Below are positions 61,871 through 64,000 of a stretch of 64,000 nucleotides of DNA, in pieces. The stretch is from NCBI GenBank assembly GCA_013265495.1, contig MU061168.1:1710209-1774208 (forward strand), read 5' to 3'. Each line of letters starts with the position of its first letter. Within the stretch, counting starts at the first letter, position 1. The notes under the pieces are model-generated. The model did not search any database. It was not told the DNA's origin and worked only from the letters and a program-made list of their open reading frames with translations. This DNA comes from Vicugna vicugna (taxonomy: Eukaryota). The position numbers and the translations under genes were made by a program.

Positions 61871-64000
61871 TCAAAAATGTTTAATTTATCATATATTTTA
61901 AAATGCAACAATTAATTAATTGACATGATGAACAAACCCAGTTACTCCCTTCCACCCACCGTGCTCCAGTCCCAACCAGTATATCTAAATATAGTTAAAA
62001 GCGTCATCCCTCCCTCAGATACTGGGCAGAGCAATATCTTTATTTTAACTGAGCTCCATCTTCCTCTAAAGATGACCCAATTGTGTCTATGCAAACTTTC
62101 CCCCTTTTGTTATACTGATGCCAGATACTAACATAATGTCCTATTTTATAGTGTATCATGACTGCAGTATTTCATAGCCCCTACCACACAAAGTGAGACA
62201 AATGCTGGCTTCCATCTTCTAGGCTCTGGCAGAACATGACAGACACTCTTATCTGCAGAGTTAGGGACTCCATCACTTGGAGAGTCTTTTGGTCTCCCTA
62301 TGTTCTCTCTGTTCATGGATTTGGAACATCATCTGGTTTCGTGGGGCTGGACACTATACTTGCTTTAGGGTATGATGGAGGAGGCATTCTGGGTCACTCA
62401 GAGACAGAATAACTTGTTTTCTCCAAAGATATCCCTTATCCTGTCCTAAATCCCTCAGATGGACAACTGTCATGAACAGCCCCTATTATACAGATACAAA
62501 GTGAATTCTGCTTTGGAGAAGGCTCCTGGGCTCCTGAACCTATGCCAAGAGTCTCTGCTGTGTCATCTGAGAATTTTACTAGTATGCTCTGAAACTCTGC
62601 AGAAACCTACACAAGAACTCTAAACTCAAAATGGACTAATTTTTTTTTTAATGTCATCTACTGGAAATCATGGAGGATACAGTCTTGAAAACTGTAATTG
62701 CTTCTCGTGCTTGCCATAGTGTTTTATACAAACTGGAAAAAAAATAAAGGGCTGCTATATTTGAGTTCAGCAGCTGATAATTTCACTTCAAACCAAAACT
62801 TAAACTGATTCTAATAAACACATTTGGAATAACTGGCTGAATAAACACATTTACGGTTATGATAATTTTACGAGCACACCAAAGTTCGATGCATATAAAC
62901 CTTGTAATATATACCATTTATAAATTAGCTATTTAATTTACCGTTCATAAATTAGCAATACCGTTTATAAATTAGAGTTTTAAAATGTATAGTAATTGTT
63001 GTTAATTATGTTACGTTCTCACTAGAAAAAAAAAACTTCAATCTTTTGGCCTTTAGCCATTGAAATTCTGGAAAATGTTTCCCTCCAAGGCATCTTGGCT
63101 TGGGGGCTCTTTTTTACCATGTAGGACAATCATGACCGGGAGACATGGGTTGGTGACTGGAGCAAATATCATGCATAAGCGTTATCAGTCAAAGTCAGAG
63201 TCAAGGTTGGAGCAGGCTGATTTTGTTCTGCCCCAACCCTTCCAACTTGACAACCCAAGCTCTTCACCACTCTCTTCCATAAGAAATGTAACTCTATAAG
63301 GATACCATGCTTTTAATCATTTCGATGAAAGATCCCAGAACATGGCTGCACAATACATGGCATTTCCCACAAAAAACCCATTTACATACGTCGTTGATGG
63401 GGGACCCTGAGTTGGGGTACGGCCCTATCCTCTCTTCTCTCTTTCTCATCCCCCATATACCACAGGGTCTGGCCTTGGTCATCCTTGTCTCCTTCCTCCT
63501 GGATTTCTCTATCCCCACCTCATTTACTCTCACCCCCTTAGCACACAGAGCAATGCAACTCTGCTCCAGAACTTGCATCCTCTTGCAGAGAATTTCTCTG
63601 CCTCTGGACTTCCCATCCTCTACTGCTGAAGGCATTTAACTTACGAAGGGGCCTCCTGCTACCAGGAAACACGCCTGCCCATGAGGCAGGGGAATTACAA
63701 ACAATTTTAAATAGTTTTTTTTTATCCTCATCAACATTTCTTTCTCATATCTGTCATATGCTACAAGTGGACAAAGGATCAGTTTAGATGGTTTCGGCTT
63801 CCCCCAGGGGACCACAACTGCGAAGGTGGTATGTGGCTGCATTTTCCGGCTGGGTCACCTGCTGGGCAGGGAGCAGCATACCGTGGGTGGAACAAAGCCT
63901 GCCTGAGGGGAAAGGAGGGAAGTGGAGGACAGACTAAGAGAAAAAGGACTGCATTCAATCTTTTAAATACTTAAAAGAGGCAGATAAAAGGAAAAGGCAC

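Noticed and set aside
1-64000. CRISPR arrays, tRNA/rRNA genes, prokaryotic operons, processed pseudogenes
   Set aside because: No repeat-spacer arrays, Pol III A/B-box cloverleaf, rRNA text or intronless mRNA copy was seen in the visible sequence; masked segments cannot be assessed.

Overview
64 kb of placental-mammal genomic DNA that looks like a large intron or gene desert. It is probably cetartiodactyl, and a camelid is plausible: the young L1 3' tails end in ...CATTATGCTGTACACCAGAAAT..GACAC...ACTGACTATACTT, and I saw no Alu, Bov-A/Bov-tA, PRE-1 or Can-SINE. No protein-coding exon can be read in the visible sequence. The ORF track consists of chance ORFs, N-spanning artefacts and L1 ORF2 remnants. 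A large part of the window is recognisable interspersed repeat: L1 of several ages, L2, MIR, MaLR/ERV solo LTRs and hAT MITEs (MER5A, MER58, MER45A). Family names come from recalled consensus sequences, and repeat boundaries are approximate unless a TSD is given. Ten N-blocks (2,141 bp) behave like length-preserving masks rather than gaps. Those in unique DNA are flanked by homeodomain, SOX, TALE or splice-like motifs, so they may hide the most conserved elements. The best leads are regulatory: a palindromic PBX-HOX pair with a MEIS site at 60.6 kb, a dense nuclear-receptor half-site array at 173-239, an orphan CpG island at about 33 kb, and two speculative exon models anchored on masked blocks. 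I cannot support a claim of a novel biological system.
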